Shown: positions 39,447-52,774, counted from the stretch's first letter. The stretch: DNA of 64,000 nucleotides from Myxococcota bacterium (GCA_039028615.1 JBCCHT010000003.1:320001-384000); one strand, 5' to 3'. Program-made: numbers and translations. Notes: generated from the sequence alone by a model not told the origin.

Positions 39447-39580
39447 GGGGCCGCGCCGACGGGAGGGCCCCATGCCCCGACCGAGGACTTAAGGCGAGCA
39501 GGCAACTCTTCGCCCAACCTCAGCGGCAACGCTCGCCCCGCAGGGCGGGGCATGGGAGGGGCCCGTCGACAGCAGGCCCC
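39447..39580. other. Multi-stem palindromic intergenic element (REP/MITE-like or structured RNA)
   Basis: Nested inverted repeats GGGGCC/GGCCCC, CGACGGG/CCCGTCG, CCCATGCCCCG/CGGGGCATGGG enclosing small hairpins with GCAA loops. Confidence 0.55.
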
Positions 39581-39650
39581 GTGCACCGCAGCGGCCCGAG
39601 CCCATCGAGGACTCCAGCAGCCCGTGCACCGCACGCGGGATCAGCAGACT

Positions 39651-40937
39651 CTACTCCTCGACCACCGCATAGACGGAGCCGAGGCACATCTCGTCGCCGG
39701 TCCCTTCGCCCCAGGTGACGGGTTCGGTCGCGTCCATGGTGTCGAACTCGCAGGTGATCCGCAGCGAGTCCTCGCTCGAGATCTCGATCCTCTCGTCGTA
39801 CCAGTAGCTCCGCTGCCAGTTGAAATCCCAGCGGGGGATCTCGAGCAGACATTCGACCTCGCCATCGGGGCCTACCCGCTCGATCCGCTGCGAGACCCCG
39901 CGCTTGTGCATGTGCGGGTTGGCCCCGAGCAGCCGCAGGTTCTTGGTCCCCTCGAAGTCCACCTGCCACGAGATGGGAAAGTCATCGGTGGTGACGAAGC
40001 TTCGCTGGCCCGGCTCGCCCACGAAGTCGAGATCGATCGCAACGAGCTCGAGCATCGGCCGCAACGACCCCGTGGGTTCCGCCTGCAGCTCGAGGGTGGT
40101 GCGGTCCGTCTGCCCTGGACCCCCCGCCACGTTGTAGTGCATCTCGATGATGAGCGGCATCTCCCCATCGACCTCCACCCCGATGCCCTCGGGGAACAGC
40201 TCTGCCCCCGCACCGGGAGCCCAGCCCGCCACGCTGGTGGCGTCGACCTGCGGCCCCGTGCCGAGACAGGGGTAGCCGGGCTCCTCCGAGTCCGCGTCGA
40301 GCTGTCGCGCCTCGTCGGCGGCGGCCTGGTCCATGGCCTGATACGCGATGAGGTGATGCACGATGCTCGGGTTGCCGGGCACGACATTGAACCCGGAGAT
40401 GGCCATGGCCCCCGGAGAGTCGACGACGAAGCAGCGGTAGTCGTCGGTCTGGCTCTGGTCGGGCAGGTAGTCCACGCCGATGTCGACGGAGCGGATGTCG
40501 CCATCGAGCTTCGGTCGTAGCTGAGGCTCGGGCGCGACGATGCTGGTATCGCCCTGCTCGGCGCCGCCTTCGACCCACAGCTCGAACGACTCGATCTGCT
40601 CGTCGCTGAGCCACTGCGAGTGCTTGAAGGTGCGGCACTCCCCGGAGGCATCGGCGAGATAGGGCGGCATCCGACGGTCGCGGACCGAGCTGGCGATGGC
40701 CGAGGACCAGTTGCTCGCGTCCTCGTAGTTGTCGAGGGCGAAGGGGGCCGCGCCGCCGGCCTGATGACACCCGACGCAGTACTCCGCGAGCAAGGGGCGG
40801 ATGTGCTCGGTATAGGTGCGAAGCGCCGCGGCCTCGTCCTCGATTTCCATGGGCGTGTCCGCCTGTTGTTTGCAGCCGACGAGGGCGATGGCCAGGGAGC
40901 ACAGGGCGATGGAGCGATGGGTCATGGGGAGGGTCAT
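39651..40937 (-). CDS. Copper type II ascorbate-dependent monooxygenase-like lipoprotein with c-type heme motif
   Basis: LVGC lipobox; CVGCH, RRMPPY; DDYRCFV, IVHHLI, EMHYN, PHMH..G, WDFNWQ..Y, GEGTGDEMC. Confidence 0.85.
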   Translation of the reverse strand: MTLPMTHRSIALCSLAIALVGCKQQADTPMEIEDEAAALRTYTEHIRPLLAEYCVGCHQAGGAAPFALDNYEDASNWSSAIASSVRDRRMPPYLADASGECRTFKHSQWLSDEQIESFELWVEGGAEQGDTSIVAPEPQLRPKLDGDIRSVDIGVDYLPDQSQTDDYRCFVVDSPGAMAISGFNVVPGNPSIVHHLIAYQAMDQAAADEARQLDADSEEPGYPCLGTGPQVDATSVAGWAPGAGAELFPEGIGVEVDGEMPLIIEMHYNVAGGPGQTDRTTLELQAEPTGSLRPMLELVAIDLDFVGEPGQRSFVTTDDFPISWQVDFEGTKNLRLLGANPHMHKRGVSQRIERVGPDGEVECLLEIPRWDFNWQRSYWYDERIEISSEDSLRITCEFDTMDATEPVTWGEGTGDEMCLGSVYAVVEE

Positions 40938-41506
40938 CTCGATTCCACGACGACCTTGAGCAGCTTCCACTCGTTGGCGCCATGGTTGTGCAGGTGAAAG
41001 AAGACGGGCTCGTCGGCTGTGATGTCGCGTTCGAGCACGATCCGCTCGCGGTAGATCCGAGCGGGTGCGGGGATGTCGACGGTGCGCTCCCAGTGCAGGG
41101 CCGAGCCGGCCATCAACGCGACGTGGGCTCGAGAGGCCTCCGACTCGGGGTCAAAAAGCTGCAGGTGCGCGAGGGTGAAGGAGACGACGGAGCCGGCCGG
41201 GACGTCGCTCAGGGCGGGCTGCTGGAGCGCGAGGTAGTTGCAGGTCCCAGTGTCGATATCGAGGGCGCCGTCGGAGGTCAGGCGCCAGGCCTCGCCCGGC
41301 TCGCACTCGACCTCGGCCGGGGCATGCCCGGTGAGGGCCTCGGGCTCACGAGTCGTGGGCACCCACTCCGTGTTTTCGACCAGAATCGGGACTGCGGGTT
41401 CCACGCCACGGGTCGCGAAGGGGTCGTCCTCGGGGGCTCCGCAGGCGACCAAAAGCAGCGAAAACGCCACGCCAAGGGCACGTAGCGGGGTTTCGGCTCC
41501 AAACAC
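40934..41506 (-). CDS. Hypothetical lipoprotein coupled to the monooxygenase
   Basis: LVAC lipobox, DTGTCNY, HLQL, FHLHNHGANEW; ATGA overlap with the downstream gene; TACACT-N6-GTG start. Confidence 0.7.
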   Translation of the reverse strand: MFGAETPLRALGVAFSLLLVACGAPEDDPFATRGVEPAVPILVENTEWVPTTREPEALTGHAPAEVECEPGEAWRLTSDGALDIDTGTCNYLALQQPALSDVPAGSVVSFTLAHLQLFDPESEASRAHVALMAGSALHWERTVDIPAPARIYRERIVLERDITADEPVFFHLHNHGANEWKLLKVVVESR

Positions 41507-41549
41507 GAAGGCAGTGTAGGGGCGACATCCCCGGCCGGGTACGGCGGAT

Positions 41550-41583
41550 CCGACGAACCGGGGGTATCCGCCGACGAACCGGG
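41550..41583 (-). promoter_or_regulatory. Putative LytTR-binding direct repeat
   Basis: CCGACGAACCGGG (plus strand) exact at 41550 and 41571 (21-bp period), upstream of a -10-like TACACT (41513-41518, minus strand). Confidence 0.65.
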
Positions 41584-41610
41584 CCGGTCGCGATTGCGGG
41601 CCCTCGGGGG

Positions 41611-42660
41611 GTGCCGTCACCATGGGATCGCGTGCCCCGTCCGACACGACTGGTCGTCCTCCCGCTGGTGATCGCGTTGATGATCATTCCCGCGGTCTTG
41701 CCCGCGTCGCGAGGCGAGCACGACGCGGAGTGGTGGATGGGCCTCGGGTTCGTCTATGCCCAGCTGCTGGTCGTGCTGGCGGCGACCGAGGGCATCTGCC
41801 GCGCGGTGATGGCCGACCAGCGGGCGACGACCCGCGGCGTGCTGCTGGGGCTTTCGTGCTCGCTCGGGCTCGAGTGGGCGCTGTCGACCATGGAGTGGCT
41901 GTGGCTGCCCGAGTACCAGGTCTTCGAAGGAGAGGAGCTGCTGACCTACTCGGAGGTGATCGCCATCTCGGTGCTCTTCGGCTTCATGTCCTTTGCCATC
42001 TGGGTGCTGGCGTTTCGTTACCCCGAGTTCGTGGCCCGCGACGCCGCGCGAGCCCACGAAGCGGAGCGCCTGCGCTCGATGGCGGATCGGCAGGAGCTCG
42101 AGGCCCGGCTCGCGCCGCACTTTCTGCTCAACACCCTCAACGCGGCGGCGGGTCTGACCGCGACCGAGCCGGACACGGCCCGCGATGTCCTGGTCTCGCT
42201 CGGGGATCTACTGCGGGCGGCGCTCTATCACGATCGCGACGAGACCCACACGGTGGCGCAGGAGCTGACCCTGACCCGCAGCTACACCAGCATCCTCGAG
42301 GCTCGCTACGGGGTCGATCGCCTACGCTTCGAGTGGAAGGAAGACCCGGCCGCCAAGGCGCGCACGCTCCCGCCGCTGCTGCTCCAGCCCCTGGTCGAAA
42401 ATGCGGTCAAGCACGGGGCGCTGCGCAGCCCCAAGCCTTCGGTGGTGGGCATCGAGACCGCGCTGAGTGCCTCGGGGGACCTGCTGCTGCGCATCGACAA
42501 CGAGGGGCGCTACGAGCCCGACCCTTCGGCCAAGCGCCACGGCGTCGACCTCGTGCAGCGCCGCCTCGAGTTCATGGGGGAGGGTTGTGGGCTGCAGATC
42601 GACACGGCGCAGGGGCGCACGGTGGCCACGGTGACGATTCCGACGTCGGCTAGCCCTTGA
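41611..42660 (+). CDS. LytS/YehU-type sensor histidine kinase
   Basis: Four TMs; ARLAPHFLLNTLN, HTVAQEL, LLLQPLVENAVKHG; G2 box degenerate (RHGVDLV). Confidence 0.88.
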   Translation: MPSPWDRVPRPTRLVVLPLVIALMIIPAVLPASRGEHDAEWWMGLGFVYAQLLVVLAATEGICRAVMADQRATTRGVLLGLSCSLGLEWALSTMEWLWLPEYQVFEGEELLTYSEVIAISVLFGFMSFAIWVLAFRYPEFVARDAARAHEAERLRSMADRQELEARLAPHFLLNTLNAAAGLTATEPDTARDVLVSLGDLLRAALYHDRDETHTVAQELTLTRSYTSILEARYGVDRLRFEWKEDPAAKARTLPPLLLQPLVENAVKHGALRSPKPSVVGIETALSASGDLLLRIDNEGRYEPDPSAKRHGVDLVQRRLEFMGEGCGLQIDTAQGRTVATVTIPTSASP

Positions 42661-43405
42661 TGCCCAGCGTGCCGTCGAGCAGCGCCTTGCGGACCTTGCC
42701 TGCGCGGTCCCGAGCCACGGGGACCCGCAGTCCGCCCGCGATGACCCAGCTCTCGTCGCGGTCGCGCTCGAGGCCTTCGACGTGCTCCCGCGCGACCAGC
42801 CAGTTGCGATGCACTCGCAGGAAGCGATCGCCGAAATTGCGTTCGAAGGTGGACAGCGTCACGTCGATATCGAAGCGGCTGCCCCGGGCGTGGACATACG
42901 CGAGCCGTTGTTCGGCCTGGACGGCCAAGACTTCGTCCACCTTCACGAAGGTCAGCCCGGCGCGGGTGCGGGCGACGATGCGGCTGGGCGTAGCCGCGGG
43001 CGTGGGCTCGCCGACCCGCGCGAGCAGGCGATCGATGCACTCGGTCACCCGCTGGGGCGAAAAGGGCTTGAGCACGTAGTCGGTGACGCCGAGCTCGTAG
43101 GCCGCGAGGGCGTGATCGGTGGAGGCGGTGGCCAGCACGAAGCTCGGCGCCTCCGGGCGGCCGCGGTATTGCTCGACGAGCGCGAGCCCGGCCACCTCGG
43201 AGCCCCCGAATCCCCCCAGGTCGATGTCGACGAAGGCCACGTCGAAGCGCACGCCGCTGTCGGCCGCGAGGGCTTGGTTGGCTTCGTCGAGGCTCTCGAC
43301 GGCGGCAAAGACCTCGATGCTGGGATGCTGGCCCAACAGCTCGACCAGGTAGCGCCGAGCGGCCCGCTCGTCCTCGACCACGAGGGCCCGCAGCTGCCTC
43401 GCCAT
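42650..43405 (-). CDS. LytTR-family response regulator
   Basis: LVVEDE..AR, FVDI, DHALAAYELGVTDYVLKPF, FLRVHRNWLV, VPVAR; TACGAT-N6-ATG start. Confidence 0.93.
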   Translation of the reverse strand: MARQLRALVVEDERAARRYLVELLGQHPSIEVFAAVESLDEANQALAADSGVRFDVAFVDIDLGGFGGSEVAGLALVEQYRGRPEAPSFVLATASTDHALAAYELGVTDYVLKPFSPQRVTECIDRLLARVGEPTPAATPSRIVARTRAGLTFVKVDEVLAVQAEQRLAYVHARGSRFDIDVTLSTFERNFGDRFLRVHRNWLVAREHVEGLERDRDESWVIAGGLRVPVARDRAGKVRKALLDGTLGIKG

Positions 43406-43476
43406 GCGGACATCGTAGCAGCGATGGTCGGCGACGCTGCCGAGGCGATGCGCTTTGGTCCACGCCGTGGTGCGGG

Positions 43477-46305
<2,829 letters not shown>

Positions 46306-46425
46306 GGGCGGGCGCGAAGATCAGGGTATCCCGGACCTCCCCGAGAGCACGAGCAATCCGAGACCGGCCACCAGCGTCCGCATGCCTCGTTCATGGAGGC
46401 ACCCCCACGAACGTCTCATCCCGAT

Positions 46426-47529
46426 CTAGGGCGCGATGGCGGGGATCAGCAAGACCTGCTCGGCCGCCTGCTCCCCCCGCTTGATGGTGAGGGTCAGTCG
46501 CGAGCCCACCCCGTGCAGCTGGGTCAGGTAGGCGACATCCGACACGCGCGTGACCGGCTGATCATTGATGGCGAGGATGAAGTCACCCTCGGCGAGCTCG
46601 GCCTTGGCCGCGGGCCCGGCCTTCTCGACCTTGGTGATCCGCACCAGCCCGGGGAGCCCACCGTCGATCGAGTTCTCGGCCTTGATGCCCAGTCGCGCGT
46701 GGCGAACTCGGCCGTAGGTCCACACTTCCTCGAGGAAGCGACGCGCCATGGGGGCCGGGACGGCGAAGGCCAGGCCCTGGCCATCGGCTCGCACCGCGGT
46801 GGCGATGCCGACGACCTTGCCGTCGGCGTCGACCAGCGGGCCACCCGAGTTGCCGATGTTGATCGAGGCGTCGGTCTGGATGAACGACCAGATTCCGTCG
46901 GGGCGAAGATCGGGCGGGCGACCGAGGTCGTCGTGATCGCGCCCCAGGCCGCTGACCACCCCGACGGTGACGGTGTGACCGAGCCCGAAGGGCTGCCCCA
47001 CCGCCATGACCCACTCGCCGGGCGTCGGCGGTCGGTCGGAGAACTCGACGGGGCGGAGGTCGTCGCTCGCCCCCTGGACCTCGAGCAAGGCCAGGTCGAG
47101 CAGGGGGTCGGCATGCAGGACGCGAGCCTCGAGTCGGTCGCGATTGCTCAGCTCGACCTGCACCCGAGTGGCGTCGGCGATGACGTGCTCGTTGGTGAGG
47201 ACCTGCCCGCGGGCGCTGACCAGCATGCCGCTGCCGACCCCGCGGAGGTTCTTGCGCTGTCCCGACGAGGTGCGGCCGGACACGGTGGAGACCACCGTGA
47301 CCACCGACGGTGACATCTGCTGGGCGACCCGAGCGAAGTCGGGGACGACGATGGTGTGGCCGCCGTTGGTCGGCGGTGCCTCGCGGCTCGGCGTCTCCAC
47401 GACCCGGGCGGGAGGCGGGCGCGAGCCGGCGGGGGACTCTTCGACGCGACGGCAGCCCATGCCCACCACGAGGGCGAGCGAGAGCAGCGACGCGCGCATC
47501 GCTACGAGAGACGGAAGCGGTACGCGCAT
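46426..47529 (-). CDS. HtrA/DegP-like serine protease with one PDZ domain, lipoprotein
   Basis: GMGC lipobox; GSG, TNEHV, DLALL, IQTDASINIGNSGGPL, GPAAKA.L..GD.I. Confidence 0.93.
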   Translation of the reverse strand: MRVPLPSLVAMRASLLSLALVVGMGCRRVEESPAGSRPPPARVVETPSREAPPTNGGHTIVVPDFARVAQQMSPSVVTVVSTVSGRTSSGQRKNLRGVGSGMLVSARGQVLTNEHVIADATRVQVELSNRDRLEARVLHADPLLDLALLEVQGASDDLRPVEFSDRPPTPGEWVMAVGQPFGLGHTVTVGVVSGLGRDHDDLGRPPDLRPDGIWSFIQTDASINIGNSGGPLVDADGKVVGIATAVRADGQGLAFAVPAPMARRFLEEVWTYGRVRHARLGIKAENSIDGGLPGLVRITKVEKAGPAAKAELAEGDFILAINDQPVTRVSDVAYLTQLHGVGSRLTLTIKRGEQAAEQVLLIPAIAP

Positions 47530-47553
47530 CGCAACGAGCGGTCGAGCCGACGC

Positions 47554-47985
47554 TCAGCCGTTGTTGTTGTTGTCGCCGGGGGTCGGGATCACGCCCGGGT
47601 TCTGCGTCACGGGAGCAGCCTGGGTCACGGCGGGAGTCGCCTGGACCGGGGCAGCGGGGGCCGCCTGCCCGACGGGCGCGGCCTGCTGGATCGGGTCGGC
47701 CTGGTAGGCGGGCGTGGGCGCGGCCTGGTAGGCCCCGGGATCGGCGGGCGCAGCCACATCGGGAGCACCCGGCACGGCGCCTTCGGCCGTCGCGTCCTCG
47801 GCGGGCTTGGGCGGCATCACCTCGTAGCCGTCGTCGTCTCCGCCCTCGTCGCGGGGTAGGATCTTCTCGCTGGTGTCGGCGAGCTCGCCGAGCCAAGCCT
47901 GGTATTCTTCTTTGGTGACGCGGCCAGCGCGGACGTTGCGCTGAACCACTCGCTTGTCGAACAGGCGCGCGCGGTCGATATTCAT
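47554..47985 (-). CDS. Hypothetical protein with low-complexity QAAP tail
   Basis: Ordered N-terminus RLFDKRVVQRNVRAGRVTKEEYQAWL..L.D, acidic linker, Pro/Ala/Gln repeats. Confidence 0.7.
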   Translation of the reverse strand: MNIDRARLFDKRVVQRNVRAGRVTKEEYQAWLGELADTSEKILPRDEGGDDDGYEVMPPKPAEDATAEGAVPGAPDVAAPADPGAYQAAPTPAYQADPIQQAAPVGQAAPAAPVQATPAVTQAAPVTQNPGVIPTPGDNNNNG

Positions 47986-48220
47986 GGCGGCTGGGTTGTA
48001 GATCACCGCATGCATGCCGTCAAACGCGCCAAAACTCGCATCCAGCGGCGCTGGAGAGTCTTGCGCCCCTAACGCGGCATGGGAATAATCCGCGGCTGGG
48101 CAGGGTCTCGGGGCGTTCTCGGCGGACCGAGCCACGGCGACGTCACCGCGGCCCCCTGCGTTCGTACCTCACGCCCGCCGTCCCCACGACTTCTTTTCAG
48201 CGAGTATTGCGAGCTTCACC

Positions 48221-49228
<1,008 letters not shown>

Positions 49229-49239
49229 GAGTTTCGCCG

Positions 49240-50199
49240 ATGGCGCCCACGCCCAGCCAGCACGAGGCGGAAGAAGCCAAGGCCCGCACGGCCGAGCTCC
49301 TCAAGGAGATCCGCCGCATCGAGATCCAGACCTCGAGGCTGGTCACCCAGCACTTGGCGGGCTCGTATCAGTCCGCGTTCAAGGGGCAGGGCATCGCGTT
49401 CTCCGAGGTCCGCGCCTACGAGCCCGGCGACGACGTGCGGGCCATCGACTGGAACGTCACCGCGCGCACGGGCGAGCCCCACGTCAAGCTCTTCACCGAG
49501 GAGCGCGAGCTCACCGTGATGCTGATGGTCGACATGTCGGCCAGCCTCGATCTCGGCAGCCGCGAGCAGGACAAGCGCCACCTGGTGGCGCGCCTGGTCG
49601 CGACCTTTGCCTTCTCCGCCATTCAGAACAACGACCGGGTGGGGCTCATCGGCTTCACCGATCGAGTCGAGGTGTTCGTGCCGCCCCGTAGCGGCCGCAA
49701 GCACGTGCTGGCCGTGATTCAGCGGGTGCTCAGCCATACCCCGGAAAGCCGCGGCACCTCGCCCGCGGTGGCGCTCGAGTACATGGCGCGGCTGCACAAG
49801 GGGCACGGCGTCGCCATCTTGGTGTCCGACTTCGTCGATGCGATGGGCGACGGTGACCCCGAGCAAGAGCGCCGCCTCGAGCACGCGCTCAAGGTCGCCA
49901 AGCGGCGGCACGACCTCATTCCCATCCGCGTCGAGGACCCGCTCGAGCTCGAGCTGCCCACGCTGGGCCTGCTGACGGTCGAGGATCTCGAGCTGCTCGG
50001 GCTGGGGGGCGACCACGTGGTCGACCTGGGGCCTGGCTCGGCGAAGCGCTATCGCGACGAGGTCGCCCAGGAGCGCGCGCGCATCGACAAGCTCATGCGC
50101 AAGCTCAGCCTGCCCATGATGAGCATCACCTGCGGCGACGATTGGCAGAAGCCGCTGGTCGCCTTCTTCGCGCGCCGCAACCGGAGGCTGCGGGCATGA
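49240..50199 (+). CDS. DUF58 domain protein
   Basis: FKGQG..FSEVRAYEPGDDVRAIDWNVTAR, EEREL, DMSAS, NNDRVGL, SDF. Confidence 0.93.
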   Translation: MAPTPSQHEAEEAKARTAELLKEIRRIEIQTSRLVTQHLAGSYQSAFKGQGIAFSEVRAYEPGDDVRAIDWNVTARTGEPHVKLFTEERELTVMLMVDMSASLDLGSREQDKRHLVARLVATFAFSAIQNNDRVGLIGFTDRVEVFVPPRSGRKHVLAVIQRVLSHTPESRGTSPAVALEYMARLHKGHGVAILVSDFVDAMGDGDPEQERRLEHALKVAKRRHDLIPIRVEDPLELELPTLGLLTVEDLELLGLGGDHVVDLGPGSAKRYRDEVAQERARIDKLMRKLSLPMMSITCGDDWQKPLVAFFARRNRRLRA

Positions 50200-51746
50200 G
50201 GGCGTTCGTCGTCGTGGTCGGGCTGCTCGCAGTGCTGTGGCCCGTGGCGGCCGTGGCCGCGCCTGCGGCCGCTCCCGCTCAGCCCGCAGCGGTCCCCGCA
50301 GCGCCCGTGCCCGCTCCGCCGCCCGTTGCCGATCCGGCGCGTGGATCGGGCGTCGTGGATGCCCAGCCCGGGGCCGCGGCTCCCGGTGGCGAGCCGAGCC
50401 CTGCCCTGAACGACGAGGCCGAGCCCGATCTCGTCCCGCTCGATTCGTTGCCGTCGGCCGTACCCGCCGAGCCCGTCGCGCCCGAGCCCACGTCCAAGGC
50501 AGAGGCCGACGACCCGGCCCCGCCCGTCGCTCGCAACAAGACGCCCGTGGTGAGCGACGGTCCGGTCGCCGTGACCACCCGGCTGTCGCCCGATCCGGCC
50601 AACATCGGCGACGTTCTCGTCTACGAGATCACCGCGGCCTACCCCCGCGACGTTCGAGTCAACTTGCCCACCCGGGTGAGCTTCGAGCCGCTGCACCACG
50701 TGCGTACCGACGAGGGCGAGCCCGAGTCCACGGGGGAGGGGCTGCGCAAGACCTTCCGGGTGGAACTCCAGCACTTCGCCGTCGGAGAGGCCGAGATCCC
50801 CGGCTTCCCGCTCACCTATGTCGACGCCGAGGGCGGGATCAACACGGTGCAGGTGCCGGCCCGGCCCTTCGTGATCGAGTCGCTGCTCGTCAACGAGGAC
50901 GACCCGCAGCGCCGCGGCGAAGACCCGCCCATCTCGCGGACATATCCCGACACGCTCACCGAGGTGATCATCGTCTCCGCGGTGGCCACGTTGCTGGTGG
51001 CCCTGATCGCGTGGCTCGTCCTGCGAAGGCTGTGGGGGCGCAACAAGGGCGAGGCCCTGCCGCCGCCGGTTCCCGCCCACGAGGTGGCCCTGGAGGCGCT
51101 CGACGAGCTCGAGGGCGGCGAGCTGCTCGCCCACGGCGAGGTGCAGCGCTACTACGTCGAGCTCACCGAGATCGCCAAGGGCTACATCGAGGGACGATTT
51201 GCCGTCGAGGCTCTCGATCGGACGACCGAGGAGATTCGGGAGTCGCTGCGCAAGGACCCGCGCCGCGTCGCTCCGCTCGAGGCGGACCAGGTGATCGCGT
51301 TCCTCGAAGAGTGTGACCTGGTGAAGTTCGCTCGGCTGCAGCCGCCCGAAACCGAGGCTCGCGACGCGCTGGGCTCGGTGCGCGGGATGGTTCAGGAGTC
51401 GATCCCGTCGCCCGACGACCCGCAGCCGGCCGAGCCCGCGGCTGACGAGAGTGAGGCGTCGAAGCCCGCCGAGCCCGCTGAAGGCGCGGACGCGGAGGCC
51501 TCGGGGTCGACCTCGGCGGACGCCGTCGCCGACGACGGCGAAGCGTCGAAGTCGGGCGAGCCAGAGCCCGTCGTCGAGGAGAGCGAAGCAGCGGAGCCCG
51601 AGGCGAAGCCCGCCGCAGACACGACGCAGGACGCGATGAAGCAGGCCCCGTCCGAGCCCGCCTCCGACGCGACCGCGGCCAAGCAGGCCCCGGCCGACGC
51701 CGCCCCATCCCCCTCGGACTCGGACGCCTCGGAGGACACGCCATGA
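50196..51746 (+). CDS. Membrane protein of the MoxR/Bat operon
   Basis: Signal peptide, Ig-like beta region, TM, PAHEVALEAL, YYVELTEI.K.Y, TTEEI, DLVKFA; low-complexity ends. Confidence 0.8.
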   Translation: MRAFVVVVGLLAVLWPVAAVAAPAAAPAQPAAVPAAPVPAPPPVADPARGSGVVDAQPGAAAPGGEPSPALNDEAEPDLVPLDSLPSAVPAEPVAPEPTSKAEADDPAPPVARNKTPVVSDGPVAVTTRLSPDPANIGDVLVYEITAAYPRDVRVNLPTRVSFEPLHHVRTDEGEPESTGEGLRKTFRVELQHFAVGEAEIPGFPLTYVDAEGGINTVQVPARPFVIESLLVNEDDPQRRGEDPPISRTYPDTLTEVIIVSAVATLLVALIAWLVLRRLWGRNKGEALPPPVPAHEVALEALDELEGGELLAHGEVQRYYVELTEIAKGYIEGRFAVEALDRTTEEIRESLRKDPRRVAPLEADQVIAFLEECDLVKFARLQPPETEARDALGSVRGMVQESIPSPDDPQPAEPAADESEASKPAEPAEGADAEASGSTSADAVADDGEASKSGEPEPVVEESEAAEPEAKPAADTTQDAMKQAPSEPASDATAAKQAPADAAPSPSDSDASEDTP

Positions 51747-52774
51747 GAGCGTTGGCTCAGATCTTCGGCTTCGCCGCGGGCGCGCTGGCCTTCGTGGCGC
51801 TGACGCTCGTGTGGCAGCACGGGTCCGACCTACGGCACGTGCTGTGGTGGCGCCCGTGGTGGTGGCTGGCCGCCGTCATTCCCGTCGCCGTGGTCATCAT
51901 TCGGCACTGGCGCATGCCTCGACCCGCCACGCTGCGGTTTTCCCGAACGCGCTCGCTCAAGCGCCTCCAGACCAGCTGGGCCGCCCGCATGGTGCACTTG
52001 CCCGACGGTCTGCGGGTCGCGGCGGCCATTTTGCTCGGGGGCGCGCTGGCCCGGCCCCAGTCCAGCCGCGGCAACGACCGGGTCCACCACGAGGGCATCG
52101 ACATCGTCATCGTGCTCGACCTGTCCGACTCGATGGAGACGCCGGACATGGTGCCCAACCGCCTCGGCGCGGCGCAGGCGGTGATCGACGACTTCATCCG
52201 TCGCCGCCCTCGCGACCGCATCGGGCTGGTGGCCTTCGGCAGCACGGCCTCCACGGTGGCGCCGCTGACCACCGACCACGGGGTGCTGCGCACGCTGGTC
52301 AGCCGCCTGCGTCTGGGCCTGATGGACGGCAACTCCACGGCGATCGGCGCGGGCCTGGGCATGGCGCTCAACCGCCTCGCCGACTCCGATGCCGACAGCC
52401 AGGTCATCGTGTTGCTCACCGACGGCGTGCACAATGCCGACGGCGTCGACCCGGACCAGGTCTCCAGCGAGATCGCCGACCGGGGCGTGGCCGTCTACAC
52501 CGTGCTCATCGGGCGCCACGGCTACGACAGCGGCTCCATCGACCCGGGTCGACTCGAGCGCATCGCCAGCGTCACGGGTGGCTTCGCCTACACCGCGGCC
52601 GACCGCCAGGCCCTGCAGGGCACCTTCCAGGACCTGCTCAACAAGCTCGAGCGCACCAGCATCGAGGGCGAGCCCATTCGCCCCGAGCTGTTCCAGTGGC
52701 TGTTGTGGCCGGCGTTGCTGCTGCTGGTGCTCGACGTCAGCCTGCGAACGACTCGCCTGCGGAGGTTCCCATGA
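51743..52774 (+). CDS. batA: BatA-like VWA domain protein
   Basis: ALARPQ, GIDIVIVLDLSDSM (MIDAS), DRIGLVAF, PLTTD, TAIG, LLTDG. Confidence 0.88.
   Translation: MRALAQIFGFAAGALAFVALTLVWQHGSDLRHVLWWRPWWWLAAVIPVAVVIIRHWRMPRPATLRFSRTRSLKRLQTSWAARMVHLPDGLRVAAAILLGGALARPQSSRGNDRVHHEGIDIVIVLDLSDSMETPDMVPNRLGAAQAVIDDFIRRRPRDRIGLVAFGSTASTVAPLTTDHGVLRTLVSRLRLGLMDGNSTAIGAGLGMALNRLADSDADSQVIVLLTDGVHNADGVDPDQVSSEIADRGVAVYTVLIGRHGYDSGSIDPGRLERIASVTGGFAYTAADRQALQGTFQDLLNKLERTSIEGEPIRPELFQWLLWPALLLLVLDVSLRTTRLRRFP

Noticed and set aside
46426..47529. HtrA as the borosin maturation protease
   Set aside because: It is over 8 kb away and is an exported lipoprotein, while the precursor has no signal peptide.
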